Source: Phaeosaccion multiseriatum (lineage: Eukaryota; Protista; Ochrophyta, other classes). Taken from it: a stretch of 64,000 nt of DNA. Under the pieces are notes generated by a model. That model did no database searches, was not told the origin of the DNA, and was given only the letters and a program-made list of their open reading frames with translations. Where the stretch lies: contig OZ218961.1 in NCBI GenBank assembly GCA_965112735.1, positions 1,922,001-1,986,000 of the forward strand, read 5' to 3'. Below, one piece after another: positions 45,374-60,942 of this stretch (its first letter is position 1; each line of letters starts with the position of its first letter). Made by a program: the position numbers and the translations under genes.

Positions 45374-48300
45374 TCACGGGAGGTTAAGCTCTAGGTACTG
45401 AGAGGTGAGAGCGTCGGCTTCTGTCCGCAGCGAAAGGAGGTCCCTGAGCAGCTCCACATAACGCTTTCGCTCGTGCGCATTGGAAGGGGCGACCTGTAGC
45501 AGTACATTATGAGATGCGAGGGAGGGAGGGCGGGAGGGAGGGAGCGGGGGAGGGGGGGAGACAAGAAGATGAAAGAGTCAATGCCCATCCACCCACACAT
45601 ATCGACGCAGTTCAGACGCAACCACCTCCAGTGAAGCGTAAAAGAGAGCAGTGACTGCCTGCCTGCTGCCTCTGCTTGTGTGTGTGTGTGTGTGTGCGTG
45701 CGTGTGAGTGTCTGAGTGTGTGTGCGCGTGTGCATGTCCGTGTGTGCGCCTGCCTCCCCCTCCCCTCCCCGACCTCCCTCCCGTGTCTTTGCCCCTCCCC
45801 CCTTTCCCCTCTCCCTCACCCTGGATAACGTGGCTATCCACTCGGACAGGGGCGGAGACGGGTGCCGCTGTTGGAGCCCCACAGCAGCGGCAGACCCCGG
45901 AGTGGAAGACGCCGGCGTGGAAGAGGAGGAGTACGGGGCAGACCCCGGGGTGGAAGAAGAGGAGCCTGGTGTCGGGACGTGAGAGGAGCCCGCAGAGGCC
46001 TTTCTGAGCTGCCCAAAGGCCTCCTTCAGAGCCGCGACGACGGTCGCTCGCCCTTCCTTGTCGTTCAACAGTTCATCCCCCTGTCCCTGTCCCTGCCCCC
46101 CCGACCGAGAGGCAGCAGTTGGTGATACAGCAGCAGAAGCAACATTGGCCGCACCCCTCGAAGGCACCTCGATCTCCAGCCTGTAGTTGATGGTCCCCAG
46201 CCCCGCTTTCGCTACAAACTCCGCCAACGTTTGTTTGCCCGGATCGTCGTCCTCCTCCTCGTCCTCCTCGTCCTCCTCCTTCTCCCCCTGCTCCTCCCTC
46301 TCCTCTCCCTCCTCCTCTTCGTCGTCTTGTTCTCCTTCCTCGCTCCCATCTTCCCATTCAATGTCCTCTTCACCCGCCCCCCCACCCTCCTCTGGACCCC
46401 TTGCCTCTCCCATGCCTTGCCCTTTACCGTGATCCGTGCCCGGCAGCGGTGGTGCCCATGCCCCACCCTCCCCTCCCCTCCTTTTTAGAGTTATTCGGTA
46501 TCCCCGAGGGGGGGCGGTATCAGCAGCTGGCAACACTGGCAGCGCTGAGTCGTCCCCTCCGCGGCTTCGCTGCTGCTGTATTACCAACTGCTGCTCCTCT
46601 CTCTCTTGGAAGTCCTGAAAGAAATCTCTTGGCTTGAGCAGCGAGAAGCACTCCTTCATCTGTGTTACGCAGCCCCGGAGACCGTCCAGCCCTCCCTCGT
46701 CAAGAAGTTCTCGAGCAACCTGCCGCAGCAGCAGCAATTGGTGATACAGCAGCGGTGAGGCCAGATGGAGGCACAGAAGGATGGCAGACAGATAGACAGA
46801 GAGAGAGACAGACGGACGGAGAGCAGACGCGTGCCCTGAGCAGAGGAGGGACAGCACTGTGCCTCTAAGACCTGTTTCAGCCATTGCCCCCCCCCCCCCC
46901 GGTCAGATGGAGATCCCTCCTCATAGCAGGGCACACACACACACGCGCGCACACACACGCAACACGCACGTACACACACACGCACACACATACTCCCGCT
47001 CTCTCTCTCTCACGCACCTGTACGGCCTTGATCTTGAGGAGCCGCTCCGTCCTTGCCTTACGCCGCTCCTCCTCACGCTTCCTCTTCTCGTCTCCAAGGC
47101 TGGGGAAGACCATGCCTTTGCTCTCATTCAGAAACCTTTTTTTGGATTGGTCGAAGGGAAGGTGAGTATAGGAGAGAGAGATTGTGCGTGTGTGTGTGAG
47201 TGTGTGAGAGAGACACAGAAGAGAGAGAGAGAGAGTGTGTGTGTGAGAGAGAGAAGAGTGAGCGAGAGTGACAGAGCGGCCCGGACCCACGCGGGCCAAG
47301 GGACATCCACCTACACACAACAACTGCTTCTATAGACACGGGAAGGAAGGAGGAGCTCCGGGCGAAGAATGCACACACACGCGCATACACACAAACGCAC
47401 ACACGCATACACACACAGACAGATACACACAGACACTCCCAAGGGGGCTGCTTCCTCGAGAGTTGGAAGAGCAGTGTCAGGACAGTGTAGCAGTGGGTGT
47501 CAGGACAGGCAGGGATAGACCAGCAGTCCATGTGTGGATGGCGGATGGATGGGACTCATCTCCCGAAACTCTCATGTCTGTGTGCTATGTGTCTTCTTTC
47601 CCCAAGGCCCCCAAGGCTTCAAGGCTCAATGGACGGCGTCGCTGCTCCCCTCGCCTCCCTCCTTACCTACCCACCTCACCTGTATGCCACACGTATCGGG
47701 GGCAGAGCGCGACCGTACGCTGTGTCCCACCCCTCCAGCGTGGCCAGAGCCCTCTCTCGAAGGTGCTTGGCCGCCGCTGGAGGGCCTGGTAAGGGGTGCT
47801 TCACCTCTACGCCCACCGTCACTCGGAGGAGGGTCTTGAGCTCGCTCACCACCACCTCTCGGGCGGACTGGGGATGGATGGCAGTACACATCAGAGAAGG
47901 GGAAGTGGAAAACAGCAGTTAATGCTCTCTCCCTCTCTCTCTATCTCTCTCTCTCTCCCTGTCTCTGTTACACTGTCTCTCTCTCTCCCTTTCTCCGCCC
48001 CGCTTTCTCGCTCTCTCTCTCTCCTTGCCCACCTGCGAGCGAGAGAAGAGAAGGTCCAGCAGCAAGAGGGCCAAGCAGCGAATGTCCGATGTCTTGGCCT
48101 CTAACCGCTGAGAGGGGCGCGAGACGCCAGCCGTGGAGGGAGTGGGGGATAAGCATGAGACGACAGCAAATAGAGGGGGGAAGGGGAGGGAGGGAGAGAG
48201 GGAGGAGATGGTGAGGGAGGGCAAGAGGAACGCCCACCAGAGACAGGGGGGAGAAGGGTTGGGCCGTCGGCAAGTAGGTCGTCTCGCTCACACACAACGA

Positions 48301-48775
48301 CCGCCCTTACCTTAAGGGCGAACACCGCGGCCCCTCTGGCGAAGGTGGGGTCCTGTCTGGCCAAAGCCTTGATTTCGCGCACCACGCTCGTGTCCAGCTG
48401 CTTGTATTGGTAGGCCGCCGAGTGGCTGGGCCGGAAGCCTCCTGCCCGCATTGCTCCACCCGCGAAGGTGGACGACGAGGAGATGTTTCGACTGCCACTG
48501 CCGGCCTTCTCCTTCCCTTTGCTGCTCTTGCCGCTCTTCTTCGCCCCCCGCGTTCCAGCAGTGCCTTCCGGCGAGGTGGCCAGCGTCACGAGCTGCATCA
48601 GCCGCTTGTACGAGTCGACGGGCGGCGGCTCCTCCTTCTGTCCGGCCTCCGTTCCCCGCCCTCTCCGCTCGTCCCTCCTCCTCTTCTTACTCGAAGTGCC
48701 TCCTCCACTGCTGCTACCTCTGTCGCTGCTCCCGCTGCTCCCGGAGGCAGCCGCAGGAGCGCGGGAAGCCTCCAT
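45374..48775 (-). CDS. UVSSA: UVSSA-like transcription-coupled repair scaffold (VHS-like N-terminus), apparently C-terminally truncated
   Basis: RLMQLVTLATS...VREIKALAR...|RLEAKTSDIRCLALLLLDLLFSRS|...TVGVEVKHPLPGPPAAAKHLRERALATLEGWD...YG, RFLNESKGMVFP and CVTQMKECFSLLKP match remembered UVSSA blocks (AEIRLSA..LFVRS, PLPPP..AA..LR, EGW, CF.LL.P). The last exon ...YLELNLP* ends at TGA 45376-45374. Confidence 0.82.
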
Positions 48776-49193
48776 AGTGCATGTACCGTTGGAAATGGGG
48801 GGAAGAGATCGAGAAAAAATCGACATAGTCGATTTCAAGGGCTGTGTTGTTGGTTGGGTCTGACGCATTCGTTCCTCCGTCCATTAGCTAGCTCATTGTG
48901 CCCAGGTATTTGCAGCTGAAGGAGCAAGCTCATAACTGTAGTGAAGAAGGTACAGAAGGTAAGAGTTGCTACTGAGCGGCCAGGACTGCGGGGACGTTTA
49001 AGAGCAGCGTAGGAGGAAGGAAGAGCGAAAGGTCAACCCCTTTCTTCCCCCCGCCCTCCTCTGCCCGCCGTGGGGAGGCCGTTCCCCCGCATGGCGCTAT
49101 TACTCACGTGCATGTCCTCATCACCCCCCGCAAACTCTCCCATCTGTGTCTTGTGCAGGGTATCAAGCAGTGGAGTGAGCGAGAAAAGGAAGT

Positions 49194-52695
<3,502 letters not shown>

Positions 52696-53457
52696 AGAGA
52701 GGGATAGAGAGAGGGAGAGCGAGAGAGACCCAGGGAGGACAGGAGAGAGAGAGAGAGGCGGGTGAGGGAGAGGAAGGAGAGGGAGAGATAGTATTGGGTA
52801 GAGTGGAGAGGGAGAGGGAGAGGGAGAAGGATTAGAGAGACGTGGGCACTCGCCTTCGCTTTAGAGGGAGAGCATATACATAAGGGAGGGAAGGGAGGGA
52901 GGGGAGACAGGAGAGGGGGAGGGGACGAGGGAAACCACACTGCCACTCATACTACTTCCGGTCTTCTTGTAAGGAGGGGGTAAGTGAGAGTGGTCGGCGG
53001 CCAACATTCATTTGTAGGAGGATAGGGTGGAGATGGAGATATGTGAAGGCCCCAGCCCGCAAGCTTTGAGCCTGAGCTCGGGACGGTACGACAGGCTGAG
53101 CATGTTCATATTGTTTTTCGTACAATAGTAAGAGATTTTCTGTTCTTCATTTTGTGAAGCGAAGGAAGGTAGGAGCGAGAGACTGATTCACTCGGTCAAA
53201 AGACTATTCATTCTTTGGTTTCAACAAGTATCGAAATTCAAATTTAAATTATATATACACCATCATCACAAAGAGAGGCTCCTCTCTCTCTCTGTGCCTC
53301 TTCTGACCTCTGACTGCCTCTTCTACTGTATTTCAAAAGCTGTAGTGTGTCGTTTTGACACACTTCGAGGAGCCGTTTCAGTTTCTCTCTTACGGTTTGA
53401 TTTGGACACCTCGGCATACACATATTGCAGTGTGTCATCCATCACCTCTGTGCCTCC

Positions 53458-53706
53458 TTACATCAAGCAAAAATGTTCCAATCCACGAATTTGCGCTTCT
53501 TGGCCGCTCTCCGACACAGACAGCCCCCTCCTCCACTCCCCCCCCCCCTCCTCCCCCTCCTCCTCCTCCTGTGGGCACGGCGAAAGTCGCACCCTCACTG
53601 CGCCATCCTCCAGCCTGTCCACCCCTAATCCCAACACCGACTTGAGCCCCTCAAACATGTCAAACTCTGCGTTCGCCACTCGCGAGAAAAATCCCCCAAC
53701 CCCGAC

Positions 53707-53739
<33 letters not shown>

Positions 53740-56700
53740 ATGCTGCGTTGGGTACTTTGTGCGGTGAATTTTTTGGTTACGGTGAAACCAGCTCCGGCTG
53801 CGGCGGCCGCTATCGGCCAGAATCACCTGAGGGAGTTGCGAGAGGGAGAAGGAGTGAGTGAATGAATGAGGGAGGGAGAGAGGGAGATCGGGGAGGGAGG
53901 GGAGGGACGGAGAGAGGAGAGAGGGGAGAGAGGGAGAAAGAGGGGAGGGAGAGGAGGGAGAGGAGGGAGAGGAGGGAGGGAGGGAGGGAGGGAGTGTGCG
54001 TGTGTGAGTGAGTGAGAGTGTAAGTGATTGAGGAAGTGAGTGAGTGAGTGAGCGAGCGAGTGAGCGAGCGAGTCCTCTGGCCTTCCTTCGTTCGATCGCT
54101 GGTCAGTGAGTGAGGAGGCCTTTCTTCCTCCCCTCCTTCCTTCCCTCCTCCTTCCTTCCTTCCTTCCTTCCTTCCTTCCTTCCTTCCTTCCTTCCTTCCT
54201 TCCTTCCTTCCTTCCTTCCTTCCTTCTTTCCTTCCTTCCTTCCTGAGTGAGTGGGTGGTGACTGCGTGCCGCTGTCCGCTGGACTGACCTCTAGGTAGTT
54301 GCTATCTCCGCAGTTCTCGCCATTCTCCGGCAAGTAGGCGGCGTTGGGGGGCTCGATCTCGACGTTGAAGCCATAAGGGTAGTGTATGTCATAGTTCTAA
54401 CGAGGAGGAGGGAAGAGGAGGAGGAGGAGGAGGAGGGGGGGGGCAGAAGGAGAAGGAGGAAGAAGAGGAGGAGGAGGCGACGGAGGTGAAGGAGGACGAC
54501 GAGGAGGAGGAGGAGAAGGAGGAGGAGGAGGAGGAGGAGGAGGAGGAGGAGGAGGAGGAGGAGGAGGGGGAGGGGGAGGAGGAGAAGGAGGAGGAGTAGG
54601 GTGAGGAGGAGGAGGAGGGTGAGGAGGAGGAAGAGGAGGAGGAGGAGGAGGAGGAGGAGGAGGAGGAGGAGGAGGAGGAAGAAGAGGAGGAGGAGGAAAA
54701 AGAGATGGAGGAGGAGGAGGAGGAGGAGGAGGAGGAGGAGGAGGAGGAGGAGGAGGAGGAGGAGGAGGAGGAGGAGGAGGAGGAGGAGGAGGAGGAGGAG
54801 GAGGAGGAGGAGCAGGAGGAGGAGGAGCAGGAGGAGGAGGAGGAGGGTGAGGAGCAGGAGCAGGCGGCAGGAGGGGCGGGGGGGGGGTCGTCCGGAGGTT
54901 CGCAAAAGCACGACTTAACTGCAGGACAGGACAGCCTTTGGGAAACTCACATTCACATTCAGGCGTATAGGCAGGCATACAGACAGCCCCATAATCAGCT
55001 GGAACTGAAACTGTGTTGGATAGACAGTTACGTACTCACCAAGTAGATGACGGACGTGTGTGCGGTCCTCTGAGCGCCAGTGAAGGGTGCGTGCTCCTGG
55101 GGCTGTCTCTTGCTGCGCGGCCAGAGGTACGAGAATACGCCCCTGGCCCTGCTGCCGTCATCTGTGACTTGCCTGCTATTGCTGTTGGGCATACTGTTGC
55201 TGTGACTGCTGCTGCTGCTGCTGTCATCTGTAACCGTATCGGCATTGGCCGTAGCCCCTGCTCCTCCCCCTGCCCATGCACCACTTGCTGACCCGCCACC
55301 ACCGCCGCCACCAGCAGCAGCAGCTTGAGCCGCTGTGGCAGCAGCTTCAGCGGCAGTGATACCACCAGCGGCAGCAGCAGCGTACTTTTCAGCGCCAGGG
55401 ATAGAGTCGGTCTGTGGGGGGGATGGCAGTGGATGGAATGGGGTTTCCGACTCGTCGGATCGAGGCATGAACTCAAGCACAAAGTCCTTGGAAGTAGCGT
55501 CGAAGTGCATCTTGAGAGGGACTCCCGCCACGATCTGCAGGGGATGGATGGCAATGGATGGGTGGTAGGGATTGGTAGTGGATGACAAGGATGGACGGCA
55601 GGGGATGGATGGTAGTGGATGTATGGCAGTGGGTGGCAGTGAATGGGTGGTAGTGGATGGCAGTGGATTGATGGCAGTGGATGGTAGAGGAGGGTGATGG
55701 GTGGCAGGGATTGGTAGTGGGCAGTGGATGGATGGCAGTGGATGGATGGCAGTGAATGGATGGCAGTGGATGGCAGTGGATGGAGAACGTCGACATATGG
55801 AGTCAGGATTTGGTTGTGAGATGGGATCTCTCCAGTTGTCCCTCTTCCCCCTTCCCCTCCTTCCCTCCTCACCACTCACTCTACTTCTTTCCGAACGAAC
55901 GATCGCCCCTCCTCCCCCTTCCCCATCCCCCGATACTCTACCGAGAGATGTACCGATATACCTGCGCATACGTTCGGCTGAGGACGGCGAGTTTCTGATG
56001 TACAGGCTCCTGCCCGCCCTCATACATGGCCTGCTGCCCGCCGTTGATGGTGGTGACATCATGGTAGTCCTTGGGGGGGCAGGGATGGACGGCAGTAGAT
56101 GCGGGGGGGGGAGTGGATGGGGTTATAGCTTGGAAGGAACGTTCGTTTATGCCCTTGTGTGTCCTATGGTCCTGCCCTGTGTTCTTTCTACCTCTCCTCT
56201 CCTCTCCTCTCCTCCCGTCTCCTTTCTTCTCCTCTCCTCTCCCTTGTCCTCTCTTCTCCTCTCCTCTCCTTCCTTCTCCTCTCTTCTCCTCTCCCCCATC
56301 CTCTCCTCTCCTCTCCTCTCCCCTCTCCTGTCCTCCCCTCCCCTCCCCTCCTCTCCTCTCCCCTCCCCTCCTGTCCCTTCCCCTCCCCTTGGTTCTGTGA
56401 GCCCACCTTGAATGACCAATACGCCCAGCTGGTGTAGTACTCGTCCGCCAGTGACATAATCTGCTCCATCTGCCGCATATGGTCAGTCGAATTGGGCACC
56501 GCCCCAAACTCAGTGAGGAAGCTTCCTCCTCCGAGCCGCTCGACATCTGTGAATCGCATGTAGTAATACTCCCTGCAGGTAGGGAGGGATGGAGGGGGAG
56601 ATGGCGGTGGATGGTGGGATGCCAAGGGGATGGCAGTGGATGGGAGTGGACGGCAGTGGATGGTTATATGGTGTAGGAGTGGTGGTTGTGGGGAGGTAGT

Positions 56701-58798
56701 GGATGGCAGTGTCTCTCTCGCAAGCACCGCCCTGACACCCACCCACTGTCCTGACACCCCCTGTCCAGACACCCTCTGTCCTGACACCCACTGTTCAGAC
56801 ACCCTCTGTCCTGACACCCTCTGTCCCGACACCCCCTGTCCAGACACCCTCTGTCCTGACACCCACTGTTCAGTCCCGCACCCCACCCCTCACCTGTTCA
56901 TAGGATCGCACACTCTCGAAGCCACCCCTGTGTCCGCAAGGGGGCAGTAAATGTGGTAACTCAGAACATCCCTGCGCCAAATATAAAAGAGAGATGGGAG
57001 GGGAGGGGGAGGGAGAGGTGGACAAGGACCAAAGTGAGAACACAACAACATACAGACACTAAACGCCACACGGGGGGTGAGAGGGACCTCCCTCCCTCCC
57101 TCCCTCCCTCCCTCCCTCCCTCCCTCCCCCCCTCCCTCCCTCCCTCCCTTCCTCCCTCCCTTCCCTCCGTCCTTCCCTCCCTCTCTCCCTCCCTCCCTCC
57201 CTTCCCTCCCTCCTTCCCTTCCTCCCTCTCTCCCTCCCTCCCTCCCTCCCTCCCTCCCTCCCTTCCCTCCCTCCTTCCCTCCCTCCCTCCCTCCCTCCCT
57301 CCCTCCCTCCCTCCCTCCCTCCCTCACCTGTCCTCATACTCCTCTCCTCCCGGTGTCTCTGTGAAGCCCTGAGGCCAGTAAGCCCAAGCGAAGCCCTCAT
57401 AGAACAGCAGACTCTGCAATTCCCAGGGGGGAGGAGGGAAGCAGGGGAACACATCGTAAGAACAAGCAGCTTGATACAACTGGTGCTTCTCTCTTCCTGT
57501 CTCCTCCTCCTCCTCCTCCTCCTCCTCCTCCTCCTCCTCCTCCTCCTCTTCCTCCCCTTCCTCCCCTTCCTGTAGTTTGAGTCTCACCTCGTTATCCACT
57601 TCTCTAATGGCTTTGTTCAATTTGGTGTACATGGGCTGCAGATTGACCTTCAAAATGGGGAAAGGATGGCAGTGGATGGGGAGAGGAGAGGAGAGGAGAG
57701 GAGAGGAAAGGAGCGGACGAAGGGGGGGGAGGGGATGGCAGTGGATGCACAGGGGAGAGCAGAGCAGAGAGGAGGGAAGGGGAGGACAGGAGAGGAGAGG
57801 AAGGGATGGCAGTTGATGAGGGAGAGAGAGAGTCATTCTCATTTCTTCCCCGACGGGCTATTACAGACACTCTCTCTTTGCTTACTTGCGCCTTGCCTAC
57901 CTTCCCCGTCTGGGGCCCAATACGGAGCCCAAGCCCCACATAACTACTGCCTGCTTCTCTACCTACCTACCTACCTACCTACCTACCTACCTACCTACCT
58001 CCCTCCCTCCCTCCTTCCTCCTCCCCCCTTCCTTCCCACCTACCTACTTACCTACCTACCTACCTACCTACCTACCTACTTACCTACCTACTTACCTACC
58101 TACCTACCTACCTACCTACCTACCTACCTACCTACCACCCATCTCTCTCGGACTGTCCTCCCTCTACCTCCCTCTACCTCTTCTATTTGTGCCCAACCTG
58201 TCGAACCTGTCCAGCCTCCATCTCCCTTCGCTTACCTTCTCCGCGAGCCCCGGCTGGGCCAAAAGCCTCGGGCGGTTGACAACATCTCCGGCCCACTGTG
58301 TGCGAGGATGGAAGGGGGGATGGCAGTAGAGGGGAGGGGGAGGGGGGAGGAGGAGGGCGTGAGGGTAGAGGGGGGGATGGAAGTGGATGGGCGGGTGTGA
58401 TAGGGTGGAGGGGAGGGTGAGTGTGTGTTAGGGGTGAGGAAAGGGATGGCAGTAGAGGGGAGAGTGTGTGAGGGAAAGGGAGGTCCCGAGGTCCAGTCCA
58501 GCAAGGCAAGAGAGACAAGCCCTAGTCAGACACACACAGAGAGAGGTAGAGAAAGATACACAGACACACACGCGCAACCACACACACATACACATACACA
58601 TACACAACGCACACACACATCCATACACACACTTATTTCTGTAAGAAGTTCATTACCGGCTCATTCATAATCTCGTAGCCCAAGACCCAGGGGTTGCCTG
58701 CGAAGCGGTTGGCGACGACTACCCAGAAGTCAGTGAAGGCGTCCAGCAGCCCCTCCGCGTTGTCGTATAGAGACTGGAAGGCAGCAGACACCTGTACG

Positions 58799-58838
<40 letters not shown>

Positions 58839-60606
58839 ACAGCAAAGACCCGATCAGCCTACCTTTGTTTGACGAGCCTCCCTCACTTGCCCCTCTCTTC
58901 TCTTTGTCCTCACACCTCGCTCTCTCTGTCTAGACATCCTCTGTTCTGACACCCCTTCACACCGCTTTCCACACCCCATACACCTCCATTTGTGCCTAAC
59001 CAGAGCGCTCAAGTGGTACTTGAGGAAGGCAGCGGACTCATCCCATACACCCCTATATTCTCACCCGGTATACCTCCAATATGCTCTCCATATGCTTCTA
59101 ATTTACACCCCATACACCTATGTATGTACCTAACCTGAGCGCTCAAGTAGTACTTGAGGAAGGAAGCGGACTGACACTTTGCCCAACTTGGTCCTTCTTC
59201 GTCTTCGTCATACTGAAGGGGGAAGGGGGGAGGGGAGGAGGTGAGAAAGAGAGAGGGGAAAAGAGAGGGACGGAGGGAGACGCACTCCTCCCCTGCGAGA
59301 GACCATACAAAGTAGCCAGTAGCAGTGCCTCTTGCTACCCAAGCCTTCACCGATCCACCTACCCACCCACCCATTGACTTACTACCCCTCCCCCCGCTCA
59401 CCCACGTACCCTGTATTACCAACACCCCTACTCACTTCATAGGTGCCCCCCGCCGGCCAGGGAAAGCCCTTGGTGTCCTCTGCCTGAGCCTTGAGGAAGA
59501 GATCCTCCACCCACGTCGGCACACCCTCACCACAAAACTTGCGTGCAAGAAGGTCCTGGTGGAAGTCAACGATGGTGTAGATGCCATGCTTTGCCAGAAG
59601 CGCAATTATGTTGTTGATGTGGTCCAGGTACTCCATGTCATAGACCCCTCGCGTGCTGGGTTCCACGCCTACCCACATGACGCCGAGACGGACGACGTTG
59701 AAGCCCCAGTTCTAGGCAAGGGTCAGGCCCAGCGTTGTAGGGTGGGGGGGAGGAGGGGAGAAGGAGGAGGAGGGAGGAGGAGGAGTGTGGAGGAGGAGCA
59801 GGAGGAGGAGTGTGGAGGGGGAGGAGGAGTTAGGAGTAGTAGTGGTAGTAGTAGCAGTAGTAGTAGTAGTAGTAGCAGTAGCAGTAGTAGTAGTGGTATC
59901 AGTAGTAGTAGTAGCAGCAATGGTAGTAGTAAGTAGTAGTAAGTAGAAGAAGTAGTAGCAGTAGCAGTAGTAGTAGTAATAGTAGTAGTAGAGGAGGAGT
60001 AGTAGGATAGTAGAAATGGCCGCAGCAGTAGTAGGGCCAGTAGAAAAGGCAGTAGAGGTAGAAGAAGTAGGGGGATGCGTTTGTTTGCCTAGTGCCCCCA
60101 CCAATGTGGTGTGCTCGCCCTACACACCTTCAGATTGATTGCATCCTCTTCGCACAGAGACTCCTCGTTGTGGAACTTGTCGTAGATGGGGTAGTAAGGC
60201 TCCTTCTTCATCACCTGATTTCGGCGCACGCGAGCAGTAGACAGCGGAAGGGAGAGAGAGAGAGAGGGAGGAAGAGAGAGATGAGAGAGGGAGGCGGGAA
60301 AGGCAGAGCCTTCTTTGCGCCTCCAACCCCCCTCCTCACCGCGTTCATGCCGTGGAAGATCCGCGTCCTTCCCAGCGTGTCGTGGAAGAGGTGGTTGGTC
60401 TTGTTGACCTTGATTAGCAAACCTGGGGGCATTTGGGCGTCCATCATCCCGTCTTTGATGCACGAGCCTTCCAAATCCACAGTGCATTGCTGTCCATCGT
60501 CTTTCGCCCCTGCTGCTGCTGCTGATGCCTCTCCCACCGGACTGAGTCTAAGAATGAGCGCGAGAGGCAGCAGTAGAAGCCTTGCGAACAGGCCCACACC
60601 ATCCAT
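53458..60606 (-). CDS. Secreted GH5 endoglycoceramidase/glucosylceramidase-like hydrolase; many exons
   Basis: Signal peptide, GRTRIFHGMNA, WGFNVVRLGVMWVGVEP, IVDFHQD, GEGVPTW, acid/base motif GYEIMNEP, LSYHIYC, nucleophile motif FLTEFG, SWAYW and C-terminal LSRTYAQ|IVAGVP...HYPYGF. Confidence 0.93.
54400..54860. repeat. ~460-bp imperfect (GAG)n, read as (CUC)n abutting a GH5 intron acceptor
   Basis: Lies at the 3' end of intron ~55040-54397 of the minus-strand gene. Confidence 0.95.
56730..56872. repeat. 15-bp minisatellite (CTGTCCTGACACCCN)n, member of a dispersed intronic family
   Basis: About 9 units. The same core occurs at ~4170, 4818-4915, 36828-36900, 47473-47510 and ~58930. Confidence 0.88.
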
Positions 60607-60942
60607 GGGTCTTCTCTCTGCCCCTACGATGCATCCAAGTGGCTGGGGGTATTCCACATCCGAACATAATCACAGATGACGATTTCAACTGCCCGCCTTC
60701 CTCTTCTCTTGTGCCTCCCGCTCTTCCGCCTGCGGCAGGGGGAATCCTTTGCTGACCGTGACCATATTGATACAGTGAAGGTGTAGCAGGACTCGCAGCA
60801 GGAGATCAGAAGAGAAGCGGCCGAGAAGCGGGTATGTAACGCTTCACGGGACGCTCCTCGTCACCCACCTCCCTCCTCACTCGTCAGGGTGCCGCATAGA
60901 TAGACCCTCCGTGTGAGCAGGCAAGCACATATCCTCGCAGCC

